In this document: in pieces, positions 8,799 through 17,876 of the stretch | Position numbering within the stretch: position 1 is the first letter of the stretch | How the letters are laid out: each line of letters begins with the position of its first letter | Assembly (NCBI GenBank): GCA_913045505.1 | Contig: CAJWQN010000001.1 | Coordinates: forward strand, 1-51,527 | Length of the DNA: 51,527 bases | DNA from: an uncultured Rhodospirillaceae bacterium | GTDB taxonomy: Bacteria; Pseudomonadota; Alphaproteobacteria; UBA7887 | Reading direction: 5' to 3' | Program-made: the position numbers and the translations under genes | Notes under the pieces: model-generated | Database searches by the model: none | The model's input: the letters and a program-made list of their open reading frames with translations, nothing else | What the model was told of the DNA's origin: nothing

Positions 8799-9770
8799 AT
8801 GTCGTTTGGGGCCAGGGCAGCGCGTCGTCTCGCCGCCGCGTTGATCGGGATGGTGGCGCTTGGTGCGGCGAGCATGGCCGGCGCCCAGCAGCGGACAGTG
8901 GCGATCACCCAGTTCGCCGCCCATGCCGCGCTCGACGCGGTGCGCATCGGTGTTATCGAGGGCCTGACCGCGGCGGGCTGGCGCGATGGGCAGCGGTTGC
9001 GGCTGCTGATCAGCAACGCCGATGGCGATCCGGCGCGTGCCGCCGACATCGCCCGCGACCTTCGGAACGCCGAGGTCGATGTGGTGGTCCCGATTGCCAC
9101 CCCCTCGGCCCAGGCGGTCGCCGAGAATGCCGCCGGTTTGGCGACGGTCTATGCCGCGGTCGGCGATCCCGCGGGCGCCGGCCTGGTGCCAGGCGCCGGG
9201 CGCCGGATCACCGGGGTGAGCGATCCGACCCTGACCCGCGAAACGTTCGAGTTGATCCAGGAACTGTTTCCCGATGCGCGCTGGATCGGGCTGCTCAGAA
9301 GCACGGGAGAGGCCAACTCCGAAGCCATCGCCGGCGCCATGACCTGGTGGGCGCCGGGATACGATTTTCGCATCCACGATGTGGTCGTGCCGGCACCCGA
9401 GGCCCTCGCGGCGACCGCCCGCGACGTCGTGGAAAACGTCGAAGTGCTCTACCTGCCGCGCGACAACGGCATCGCCGCGCGACTGGACACGGTGCTGGCC
9501 GCCGCCGCCGCCAACCAGATTCCGGTCGTCGCCGGCTCGGCCGAAATGGTCCGCGCCGGCGCCCTGGCCGGGCTCGGGGCCGATTACTATGCGCTCGGGC
9601 GCAACGTGGCCGCGATCGTGGTCCGGGTCCTGGGCGGTGACGATCCCAACGACATCGCGCCGCGCGTCAATCCGGCCACCGACCTGACCATCAACACCAG
9701 GGTCGCGGCCGCGCTCGAGTTCCGCTTTCCCCAATCGATCCTGGATCGTGCCAAGACCGTCCATCGTTGA
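8799..9770 (+). CDS. ABC transporter substrate-binding protein (ABC_sub_bind/PF04392-like), orphan
   Basis: It has a signal peptide MSFGARAARRLAAALIGMVALGAASMAGA. The following QQRTVAITQFAAHAALDAVRIGVIEGL is typical of this SBP family. There is a strong RBS GGGGGGAGGA. No permease or ATPase gene follows. Confidence 0.7.
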   Translation: MSFGARAARRLAAALIGMVALGAASMAGAQQRTVAITQFAAHAALDAVRIGVIEGLTAAGWRDGQRLRLLISNADGDPARAADIARDLRNAEVDVVVPIATPSAQAVAENAAGLATVYAAVGDPAGAGLVPGAGRRITGVSDPTLTRETFELIQELFPDARWIGLLRSTGEANSEAIAGAMTWWAPGYDFRIHDVVVPAPEALAATARDVVENVEVLYLPRDNGIAARLDTVLAAAAANQIPVVAGSAEMVRAGALAGLGADYYALGRNVAAIVVRVLGGDDPNDIAPRVNPATDLTINTRVAAALEFRFPQSILDRAKTVHR

Positions 9771-10087
9771 GTCTGGCCAATCGGAGCGCTTGATCGGATT
9801 GGCACCGCTTCCGCCAAGGTCACCTGTTTCGCGATCCAGGTCGCCGCCGATCCCGGCGCCAAGGTGCGCGTGCGCGAACGGATTGCCCGCCGCGGCCTGT
9901 TGCCAAGTCGCTGACACAACCTGGCCGCGCCCCGCGACGAGCTTCAAATCGACGTACAGATCAGGGACATGCCGCCGGATGCGGTCGATTGCCTGGCCGT
10001 GCGAATGCCCGACCTGATCGACCTGAACGCGGTGCCGACCTCGGAGAAATCCGGCTGATCCCGACAGTTTGCCTGGTGCGATTTCCC

Positions 10088-10717
10088 TCAGTTGCCCAAC
10101 GGCGGCAAGGTCGCCTTGTCGCTGGGCCGCGATCCCATGGTCTCCATCCATTTCAGAATACGCGGCGATTTCCCGATCAGATCTCGGCCCTCGGGCGTGA
10201 AGTTGACGTAGAACAGAATCGGTAACGCGAACAGATCGGCGAGGGTCATGGTGTCGCCGGCGAGATAAAGATGGTCTTGCAGCATGCCCGACAGCACCAG
10301 CAACTGGGTGTCGACGTCGGGCAAGGCGGCGGCGATCATCTCTTCATCGGGCGTGCCACCTTGCGACGGCACGACCAGCCGCTGGATCACCAGCTTGGGG
10401 ATCATGGTCGGATAGAGATAGGACGTGATGACGCTGATCATCTGATTCATGATCGCCCGCGTCTTGAGGTCCCTGGGCTGCAAGTCCGGCCCGTCGAACG
10501 CGGCGTCGATATATTTGGTGATCGCCAGCGTCTCGTAGAATGTGAAATCGCCGTGGCGCATCGCCGGAATCTTCCCCCATGGGTGCAATTCGCGTATCTC
10601 CGGCGATTGCGACGCGAAGGGCTCCAGATCATAAGCGACGCCCTTTTCCTCGCAGGCCAGGCGCGCGGTGCGGACATAGGTGCTCACCGGAACACCATAG
10701 ATCGTGACATCGGCCAT
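10088..10717 (-). CDS. glutathione S-transferase
   Basis: MADVTIYGVPVSTYVRTARLACEEKGVAYDLEP is a thioredoxin-like GST N-domain, followed by a helical C-domain. The ATG is preceded by GGGGGAA. The track start at 10732 is a TTG. Confidence 0.85.
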   Translation of the reverse strand: MADVTIYGVPVSTYVRTARLACEEKGVAYDLEPFASQSPEIRELHPWGKIPAMRHGDFTFYETLAITKYIDAAFDGPDLQPRDLKTRAIMNQMISVITSYLYPTMIPKLVIQRLVVPSQGGTPDEEMIAAALPDVDTQLLVLSGMLQDHLYLAGDTMTLADLFALPILFYVNFTPEGRDLIGKSPRILKWMETMGSRPSDKATLPPLGN

Positions 10718-10748
10718 AAAGTTTTCCCCCAACGGTTGCCCCGGACGA

Positions 10749-11603
10749 TCAGGACTCGAATCCTATCATAGCGCGGACCTGGGCGGGGTATTTTCCGGCC
10801 TGGCGCAAGGCACGCAAGGTCATCGCCCGGTTGCGCTTGGCCAGGCGGGCGCCAGTGGAATCGGTGATCAAGGGATGATGGTGCCAGGCCGGAACGTCGA
10901 GTCCCAACAGCGCCTGGATCAGGCGATGGATATGGGTGGCCTGAAACAGGTCTTCCCCGCGCGTGACCAGGGTCACGCCTTGGCGATGGTCGTCGACGCA
11001 GACCGCCAGATGGTAACTGGTCGGCGTATCCTTGCGCGCCACCACCACGTCGCCGGCGCCGGCCGGATCGCACGGCTGACGGCCGAGCGCGCGGTCATGC
11101 CAATCGAGCGGGCCGGCCAATGCCATCGCCTTGTCCATGTTCAGCCGCAGCGCGAACGGCCGGCCCAGGGCGATGCGAGCGCGGCGCTGGTCCCGGGACA
11201 GGACCCGACAGGTTCCCGGATAGAGGGCGCCGTCAGGGCCGTGCGGGGCGGCGTCGGCGCGGGCGATCTCGGCCCGAATCTCGCTCCGGGTGCAGAAGCA
11301 GGGATACAACACGTCCAAGGCCTCGAGCCGTTCGATGGCCCGGCCGTAATCGGCCAGATTGTCCGACTGGCGCATCACCGGTCCGTCCCAATCGAGTCCC
11401 AGCCAGTCGAGATCCTCGACGATGGCGTCGGCGAATGCCGGCCGGCAACGACCCTTGTCGATGTCCTCGATCCGAATCTGAAAACGGCCGCCGACCGTGC
11501 GCGCCGCCCGCCAGGCGAACAAAGCCGCATAGGCGTGGCCAAGATGCATATAGCCGGTCGGGCTGGGCGCGAACCGGGTGACGACGGGCCTGGATGTCGG
11601 CAC
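10749..11603 (-). CDS. gluQ: tRNA glutamyl-Q(34) synthetase (GluQRS)
   Basis: 284 aa. RFAPSPTGYMHLGHAYAALFAW is the class I HIGH region. It is a truncated GluRS catalytic domain without an anticodon-binding domain. Confidence 0.85.
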   Translation of the reverse strand: MPTSRPVVTRFAPSPTGYMHLGHAYAALFAWRAARTVGGRFQIRIEDIDKGRCRPAFADAIVEDLDWLGLDWDGPVMRQSDNLADYGRAIERLEALDVLYPCFCTRSEIRAEIARADAAPHGPDGALYPGTCRVLSRDQRRARIALGRPFALRLNMDKAMALAGPLDWHDRALGRQPCDPAGAGDVVVARKDTPTSYHLAVCVDDHRQGVTLVTRGEDLFQATHIHRLIQALLGLDVPAWHHHPLITDSTGARLAKRNRAMTLRALRQAGKYPAQVRAMIGFES

Positions 11604-11729
11604 GGGCTTCGAAGGCTTGTGCGGCTCAGTTGATCCGGCGATTATGGCGCCGTCACAATGACATAGCTTTGGCCGAACGGAAACACCTCAGATGCGGCAC
11701 GGCCGATTTGGAGCCACGGAACGGAGCCG

Positions 11730-12398
11730 ATGACGGCGATTCCCAAGCTTTCCGGGCCGGCACATAAGCCGGCCAACGGCGCCCCGCCCCAACGGCTGGT
11801 CATGCTGCTCCATGGCGTCGGCTCCGACGGCAACGACCTGATTTCGCTGGCGCCCCACTGGGCACGCTACCTGCCCGATGCCGAATTCGTCTCGCCCCAT
11901 GCGCCCTATCGCTACGACATGGCGCCGAGCGGCCATCAATGGTTCAGCCTGCACAGCCGGTCGCCCGGGGACATGCTCCGCGGGGTCCGTGACACCGCGC
12001 CGATCCTCGATCGGTTCATCGACGAGCAACTCGCGCGCACCGGGCTCGCGCCCGAGCGCCTGGCACTGGTCGGTTTCAGCCAGGGCACCATGATGTCGCT
12101 CTATGTGGGGCTTCGGCGGGACCGGCCGATCGCCGGCATCCTGGGCTTTTCGGGCGCGATGATCGGGCCGGAAACCCTGGAGGCCGAGATTCGATCCAAG
12201 CCACCGGTGCTGCTGATCCACGGCGAGGCGGATGATATGGTGCCGGTGGCGGCGCTGATGCAGGCGGCCGGCGCCCTCGGCAAGACGGGCGTCACCGCCC
12301 AATGGCATATCTGCCCGCGCCTTGGCCATGGCATCGACGAGGCCGGCATCGCTTACGGCGGCCAATTCCTCCGTGACTGTTTCCGCCCGCAATCATAG
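11730..12398 (+). CDS. alpha/beta hydrolase, phospholipase/carboxylesterase family
   Basis: LVMLLHGVGSDGNDL and the GFSQGTMMS nucleophile elbow (GxSxG) are present, with a C-terminal HG..D...GHG. At 222 aa it is typical of PF02230 esterases. Confidence 0.75.
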   Translation: MTAIPKLSGPAHKPANGAPPQRLVMLLHGVGSDGNDLISLAPHWARYLPDAEFVSPHAPYRYDMAPSGHQWFSLHSRSPGDMLRGVRDTAPILDRFIDEQLARTGLAPERLALVGFSQGTMMSLYVGLRRDRPIAGILGFSGAMIGPETLEAEIRSKPPVLLIHGEADDMVPVAALMQAAGALGKTGVTAQWHICPRLGHGIDEAGIAYGGQFLRDCFRPQS

Positions 12399-12409
12399 GA
12401 CCGTGCAAC

Positions 12410-13282
12410 ATGCACCAAATCAATGATTTCAGGCTCCAATCCGTGATCGAGGCTGAGGAGCCGTTCGTTGCCCCTTTGGCGTTCTTTCCCGATGCGACCC
12501 AGGACGTGTTCGACGCCCATGGCCACTGGTTGCGCCCGCGTTTTCAGGACCCCGAAACCGGGTCGCTGATATTCGCCTTTCAGTCCTACGTCTTGCGCAC
12601 CGCCCGTCACACGATCCTCATCGACAGTTGCATCGGCAACGACAAGGTCCGGACCAACCGGCCCGGCTGGCATCTGCGTCAAGGCAGTTTCCTCGATGAT
12701 CTGGCGGCCATCGGCGTGCGCCCCGAGGCGATCGATTTCGTCCTCTGCACCCATCTCCATGCCGACCATATCGGCTGGAACACCCGGCTCGTGGACGGGC
12801 GCTGGGTGCCGACCTTTCCCAACGCCCGATACGTCATCGCCCGGCGCGAATACGATTTCTGGGAACAACGCCATCGGACCGATCCCGACGGCCCCCGCGA
12901 AATCGCCTTCGCCGACAGCGTGCTGCCGGTGGTCGAGGCCGGCAAATCGGTGTTCGTCGATGGCGACCATCAGATCGAGGACGGGGTCTGGCTGGAGCCG
13001 GCGCCCGGGCACACACCGGGCAGCATGGTCGTCAATCTGCGCTCTGGCGACGCGACGGCGGTGCTGCTGGGCGACTCGATCCATCATCCGATCCAGCTCA
13101 AACGGCCGGATTGGTCGTGCATGGCCTGTGAAGACAAGGCTCAGTCGGCACAAACCCGGCGCGGCCTCATCGAACGCTACGCCGATACCGATACGCTGAT
13201 GGCGCCGGCCCATTTCGCGGCGCCCTCGCCATGCCGCTTCGTCCGGGATGGTGACGCCTTCGGTTTCGAGGCGGCCCTCTAG
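12410..13282 (+). CDS. MBL-fold metallo-hydrolase
   Basis: HLHADHIGW is the HxHxDH zinc motif, and downstream His/Asp ligands (PGHTPGS, HH) are present. Confidence 0.8.
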   Translation: MHQINDFRLQSVIEAEEPFVAPLAFFPDATQDVFDAHGHWLRPRFQDPETGSLIFAFQSYVLRTARHTILIDSCIGNDKVRTNRPGWHLRQGSFLDDLAAIGVRPEAIDFVLCTHLHADHIGWNTRLVDGRWVPTFPNARYVIARREYDFWEQRHRTDPDGPREIAFADSVLPVVEAGKSVFVDGDHQIEDGVWLEPAPGHTPGSMVVNLRSGDATAVLLGDSIHHPIQLKRPDWSCMACEDKAQSAQTRRGLIERYADTDTLMAPAHFAAPSPCRFVRDGDAFGFEAAL

Positions 13283-13302
13283 AGTCGGGCCGGCGGGATT
13301 TC

Positions 13303-14079
13303 GTGAGCAGGATCGGGAAATGGCTGATTTTCGTGTCGGCGGTACTGTTCGTGCTGCTCGCCGGACCGGTCGCCAATATCGTGGCCGGTAGCACCGGGCG
13401 AGTGGAATGGTGGGAGGCCTCGCGCGAGCCCGCGGGTCTGGCGCCGGCGCCGGCCGAGCATCCGGAGCCGCTCGTGCAGGTCTACGCCGCCCGCGCCTTC
13501 AGTTGGCGGGGCGCGCTGGCGGTCCACACCTGGATCGCCACCAAGCCGGCCAACGCGGCCAATTATACGGTCTACGAGGTGATCGGCTGGCGGGCCCGGC
13601 GCGGGCATTCGGCGCTCGCCATTCACCAGGAGGCGCCCGATCGGCTGTGGTACGGGAACCAACCGGAAATTCTGGCGGAGCTTCGCGGCACCGGCGTGGA
13701 CGACGTGATTCGGCGGCTCGATCGGGCGGCCCGCGCCTACCCCTATCGTGATCTCTACAAGGTTTGGCCCGGCCCCAACTCCAACACCTTCACCGCCTGG
13801 ATCGGCCGCGCGGTGCCCGAACTGCGGCTCGATCTGCCGCCAACCGCGATCGGCAAGGATTGGCTCGACAGCGGCCGCGGCGAAGTGTTCGCCGCCGCCC
13901 CCAGCAACACCGGCTATCAGCTCTCCCTGTTCGGCCTGTTCGGGATTCTGGCCGGCCTGGAGGAAGGCCTGGAAATCAATGTCGCAAGCCTCACCATCGG
14001 CCTGGATCCTCTCGACCTGGCCCTCAAATTGCCGGGTTTCGGCCGTATCGGCGGTCTCGATTCGATCGGGTCACGGTAA
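13303..14079 (+). CDS. membrane-anchored DUF3750-like protein
   Basis: It has an N-terminal TM segment. From memory of family alignments, the motifs VYAARAFSWRGALAVHTWIATKP, YTVYEVIGW and WPGPNSNTF..W resemble DUF3750. This was not verified. Confidence 0.5.
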   Translation: MSRIGKWLIFVSAVLFVLLAGPVANIVAGSTGRVEWWEASREPAGLAPAPAEHPEPLVQVYAARAFSWRGALAVHTWIATKPANAANYTVYEVIGWRARRGHSALAIHQEAPDRLWYGNQPEILAELRGTGVDDVIRRLDRAARAYPYRDLYKVWPGPNSNTFTAWIGRAVPELRLDLPPTAIGKDWLDSGRGEVFAAAPSNTGYQLSLFGLFGILAGLEEGLEINVASLTIGLDPLDLALKLPGFGRIGGLDSIGSR

Positions 14080-14739
14080 TTCGAACGCCGTGCCGCCGAA
14101 GCGTTCGCGGCTGGCGATTTCCCCGACCGGGCGGCGCTTGAGCTTGGTCAGCTGCTTGACCGGCCGGCCCAGCGGCACCACCGCGCAAACCGCGAAGTCG
14201 CCGGGAATGGCGAGCAGCGCCTTGACCTCCGGTTCCGCGGCCACCGACAGGGTCGTGATGGTGCCGCCAAATCCGGCCTGGCGGGCGAGCATCAGCACGT
14301 TCCACACGAACGGATAGATCGAGGCGCCGCTGATCACGCCGATTCGATCCAGGTCCTGGTCCATGGAGGCCACCACTTTCAGATCGACCGCGAACACCAG
14401 GACCACCGATGCGGCCCGGAGTGTTTCCGTCAACCTCGCCGGCGCCGGCGTTCGTTCGATGTCTTCGGCCGTGACCCGCGTCGGGATCACCGCGTTCCAC
14501 GGACTCTCGCCGGCCTTGCTCTGGGCGGCGTAGCGCTTGGCCGCCGGCGTGCCCAGTTCGGCGAGCCGATCGCGGGTGTCCGGATCCCGGATGACGATAA
14601 CCCGATTGCCCTGGCGGTTGCCGCCGCTGGGCGCGAATCGGGCATTGTCGAGAATGTCGTAGAGCACCTCGTCGGGCACGGGATCCCCGGTGTAGTTCCG
14701 GGCGGCGAAGGTGGTCCGCATGACCTCGTTGAGTTCCAT
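14071..14739 (-). CDS. nitroreductase family protein
   Basis: FAARNYTGDPVPDEVLYDILDNARFAPSGGNRQGNRVIVIRD is a typical nitroreductase N-terminal signature. Confidence 0.8.
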   Translation of the reverse strand: MELNEVMRTTFAARNYTGDPVPDEVLYDILDNARFAPSGGNRQGNRVIVIRDPDTRDRLAELGTPAAKRYAAQSKAGESPWNAVIPTRVTAEDIERTPAPARLTETLRAASVVLVFAVDLKVVASMDQDLDRIGVISGASIYPFVWNVLMLARQAGFGGTITTLSVAAEPEVKALLAIPGDFAVCAVVPLGRPVKQLTKLKRRPVGEIASRERFGGTAFELP

Positions 14740-14775
14740 CAGTCCGCTCCTTTCGCTACGGGGCGCCGTTGCCGG

Positions 14776-15996
14776 TTAGATCACCCCATCGGCGCGCAGG
14801 GCCTCGATCGCGTCGGCGCTCATGCCGAGGCGGTCGGCGAGCACCTGATCGGTGTGTTCGCCCAGCACCGGCGCGGCGTGGGTATAGGATACCGGTGTCG
14901 CCGACAGGCGCATCGGGCTCCCGGATTGAGCGACCGTACCCGCGGTCGCGTGGGGAAGCTCCACCTTCATGCCGCGATGCCTGATCTGGGGGTCGTCGAA
15001 CACCTGGGCGATCGAATTGACCGGCCCGCAGGGAATAATCGCCTCGGCGAACGCGGCCAGCCATTCGGTGCCCGAGCGCCGGCCGAGAGCGGTGGCCAGA
15101 ACCTGCGCCAAGGCGTCCCGGTTGGCGACGCGGTCGGCGTTGGTGGAGAAGCGCGGGTCCTGGGCCAAGGCCGGCTCGCCGATCGCCGCGCACAGCCGGG
15201 CGAACTGGCCGTCATTGCCGATCGCGACCACGATCGGCTTGTCGGCGGTCTCGAACAACTGGTAGGGGGCGACGTTGGGATGGGCATGGCCCATGCGCCC
15301 CGGCGCGGTGCCGCTGGCGAAGTAATTGGTCGCCATCATCGACAGCATGGCGGCGGTGCTGTCGAGCAACGCCAGATCGATATATTGGCCGGCGCCGGTC
15401 CGCTCGCGATGGACAAGGGCGGCGTTGATGGCGACGGTCGCATACATGCCGGTGAACAGATCTGAGATCGCGAGGCCGACCTTCTGGGGGCCGCCGCCCT
15501 TGTCGTCGCGTTCGCCGGTGATGCTCATCAGCCCGCCCATGGCCTGGATGATGTAGTCGTAGCCGCCTCGATCCTTGTAGGGACCGTCTTGGCCGAAGCC
15601 GGTGATCGAGCAATAGACCAGGCCCGGATTGGTTGGGGCCAGGGACTCGTAATCGAGGCCGAACCGGGCCGAGCCGCCGACCCGGAAATTCTCGATCACC
15701 ACGTCGCATTGGCGGGCCAGAAGCCGCACCAATTCCTGGCCGCGCAGGGTGGCCAGATCGACCGTGACCGACTTCTTGCCCCGGTTCGCGGACAGATAAT
15801 AGGCGGTCTCGGCGGTCTCGGCGCCGGCCTCGTCCTTGAGAAACGGCGGCCCCCATTTGCGGGTGTCGTCGCCGATCCCGGGCCGTTCGATCTTGATCAC
15901 CTCGGCGCCCAGATCGGCGAGGTTCTGAGCCGCCCAAGGGCCCGCCAGCACCCGACTGAGTTCGAGCACTCGGATATGGGACAGCGGACCGGGCAT
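14776..15996 (-). CDS. CaiB/BaiF family (class III) CoA-transferase
   Basis: The start is set at MPGPLSHIRVLELSRVLAGPWAAQNLADLGAEVIKIERP, the canonical family III CoA-transferase N-terminus. The protein is about 406 aa. Confidence 0.85.
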   Translation of the reverse strand: MPGPLSHIRVLELSRVLAGPWAAQNLADLGAEVIKIERPGIGDDTRKWGPPFLKDEAGAETAETAYYLSANRGKKSVTVDLATLRGQELVRLLARQCDVVIENFRVGGSARFGLDYESLAPTNPGLVYCSITGFGQDGPYKDRGGYDYIIQAMGGLMSITGERDDKGGGPQKVGLAISDLFTGMYATVAINAALVHRERTGAGQYIDLALLDSTAAMLSMMATNYFASGTAPGRMGHAHPNVAPYQLFETADKPIVVAIGNDGQFARLCAAIGEPALAQDPRFSTNADRVANRDALAQVLATALGRRSGTEWLAAFAEAIIPCGPVNSIAQVFDDPQIRHRGMKVELPHATAGTVAQSGSPMRLSATPVSYTHAAPVLGEHTDQVLADRLGMSADAIEALRADGVI

Positions 15997-16177
15997 GGCG
16001 AGAAGCAACCTCGAAGGACGGGCGGCGCGCAGCATACCGGGCGCCGGGGGAAAATCAAATCGGGACCGCGGGCCCGGGATTGCTCAATTCCTGTGCTTGG
16101 GATAGGTTTTGCCTGCTTTTTGTCGAGGCGGGTGGGTGCGATCCCGGCGCTGACGACGGGGAAGGGACCGAGCCGCC

Positions 16178-16735
16178 ATGTCACCGGAAAGTTGCCCAGC
16201 GCTGGTGCTGAACGCGGATTATCGCCCGCTCAGCTATTTCCCGCTGTCGCTATGGCCGTGGCAGGACGCGGTCAAGGCGGTGTTCCTGAACCGGGTCAAC
16301 ATCGTCGCCGAATACGATCGCGAGGTCCGCTCGCCGTCATGGCGCATGCGCTTGCCGAGCGTGATTTCGCTGAAGCGCTACGTCACCACCTACCGGCGCC
16401 CCGCCTTCACCCGATTCAACGTGTTCCTGCGCGACCGATTCGCCTGCCAGTATTGCGGCGACGGATTCGATATCCGCGAACTCACCTTCGATCACCTGGT
16501 GCCACGCTCGCTGGGCGGGATCACCAGCTGGGAGAACGTGGTCGCGGCCTGCGCCCGGTGCAATCTGGTCAAGGGCAACCGAACCCTGACCCGAAGCGGC
16601 ATGCGCCCGCGACGGATGCCGCGGATGCCGAGCGCCCATGAACTCCAGGACATCGGACGTAGCTACCCGCCCAATTATCTGCACCGGAGTTGGGGCGATT
16701 TTCTTTATTGGGATACCGAGTTGGACACGGGTTAG
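16178..16735 (+). CDS. HNH endonuclease family protein
   Basis: It has CQYCG ... FDHLVPRSLGGITSWENVVAACARCNLVKGNR (HNH with a Cys4 zinc arrangement). Its stop overlaps the convergent GT4 stop (TTAG). Confidence 0.8.
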   Translation: MSPESCPALVLNADYRPLSYFPLSLWPWQDAVKAVFLNRVNIVAEYDREVRSPSWRMRLPSVISLKRYVTTYRRPAFTRFNVFLRDRFACQYCGDGFDIRELTFDHLVPRSLGGITSWENVVAACARCNLVKGNRTLTRSGMRPRRMPRMPSAHELQDIGRSYPPNYLHRSWGDFLYWDTELDTG

Positions 16736-17850
16736 GCGTCCGTTCCCGCGGCCCGCCGATTCAGGCTGAACAGCGCGTCCCAAGCGGCGAACATCCGGCT
16801 CTCATCGAACTCGGTTTCGGCCCGGACACGATTGGCCCGGCCAACAGCCACGCGCCGTGCCCTGTCGCCGAGCAGGGCAATCATCGCCTCGGCAAGACTG
16901 ATTTCATCGCGATCGACGATATAGGGCCGGTTCTCCGCCGCCACCATGTTGGCGACGTCGCCGACATCGACGCTGGCGACCGCCAATCCGGCCGCCATCG
17001 CCTCGATCACGCCATAAGGCATCTGCTCGGTTTCGGACGACATGGCGAACAGGTCGAGCGCCCCCAATATCCGTTCCGGACCCTGGAGATGACCGGTGAA
17101 CACCACGCGCTCGGCCAAGCCCAGGTCTCGCGCCAGGCCTTCCAGCTTCGCCCGCTCGGCGCCGTCGCCGACCAGGACCAGTCGCGCCGGCACCGTCTCG
17201 TTGACCCGCGCGAAGGCCCGGATCAGGCGCGACAGATTCTTCTCCGGCCGCAGCACCGCAACCGTGCCGATGGTCGCCAGATCGCCGCGCGGCAGGTACC
17301 GTTCGACGATCGCCGCATCCGGGGGGCGCGCGAATCTCGCGCAATCGATGCCGTTGGGAACGTAATCCAGAAGGGCGGGGTCGAGCCGCCATATTCGGGT
17401 GGCGATGTCATGGAGCGTTTGCGACGGCATCACCCCCCGCTCGCAGCGGGCGAGTACCAGCCGCCGCGTCAGCACCCGCCGCCGCAACTGCCCGCCGGCC
17501 TCCTCCGGCCCGAATCCGTCCTCGACGTGGACATGGGCGCTGAGCGGCAAGAAATTGGCGATCGCCCAGTCGATAGCGCCCCAATTGTAGGTCAGCAGCA
17601 GATCCGGTCGCCGCGACCGAAGTATCCGCCGAAACGCCAGCACGTTACCGACCAAGGAGGTCTTGGTCGCGCCGAGTTGGATGATTTCGTAATCGGTGTC
17701 GGGATCGAGCAATGCGGTGGCGGCGGTGGCGCCGTCCATGGCCGCGATCAGATGCCGGTATTTTCGGCCCAGGTGATTGACGATGGCCGCGGTTCTAACC
17801 TGGGGGCCGCCGACCCGGAACGTGGAGAAGATGTGGAGCAAGGTACGCAC
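16732..17850 (-). CDS. glycosyltransferase family 4 (GT-B fold)
   Basis: MRTLLHIFSTFRVGGPQ is the N-terminal motif. The C-terminal FAMSSETEQMPYGVIEAMAAGLAVAS matches the EX7E-type GT4 motif. Confidence 0.8.
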   Translation of the reverse strand: MRTLLHIFSTFRVGGPQVRTAAIVNHLGRKYRHLIAAMDGATAATALLDPDTDYEIIQLGATKTSLVGNVLAFRRILRSRRPDLLLTYNWGAIDWAIANFLPLSAHVHVEDGFGPEEAGGQLRRRVLTRRLVLARCERGVMPSQTLHDIATRIWRLDPALLDYVPNGIDCARFARPPDAAIVERYLPRGDLATIGTVAVLRPEKNLSRLIRAFARVNETVPARLVLVGDGAERAKLEGLARDLGLAERVVFTGHLQGPERILGALDLFAMSSETEQMPYGVIEAMAAGLAVASVDVGDVANMVAAENRPYIVDRDEISLAEAMIALLGDRARRVAVGRANRVRAETEFDESRMFAAWDALFSLNRRAAGTDA

Positions 17851-17876
17851 GACAGCACCGGATCAAGGCTCGGCCA

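Noticed and set aside
16178-16735. HNH endonuclease as a marker of a mobile element or defence island.
   Set aside because: It is a stand-alone ~185-aa HNH protein with no partner methylase, terminase, intron or homing context. Composition is indistinguishable from the neighbours. This type of small HNH protein is commonly conserved in alphaproteobacterial chromosomes.
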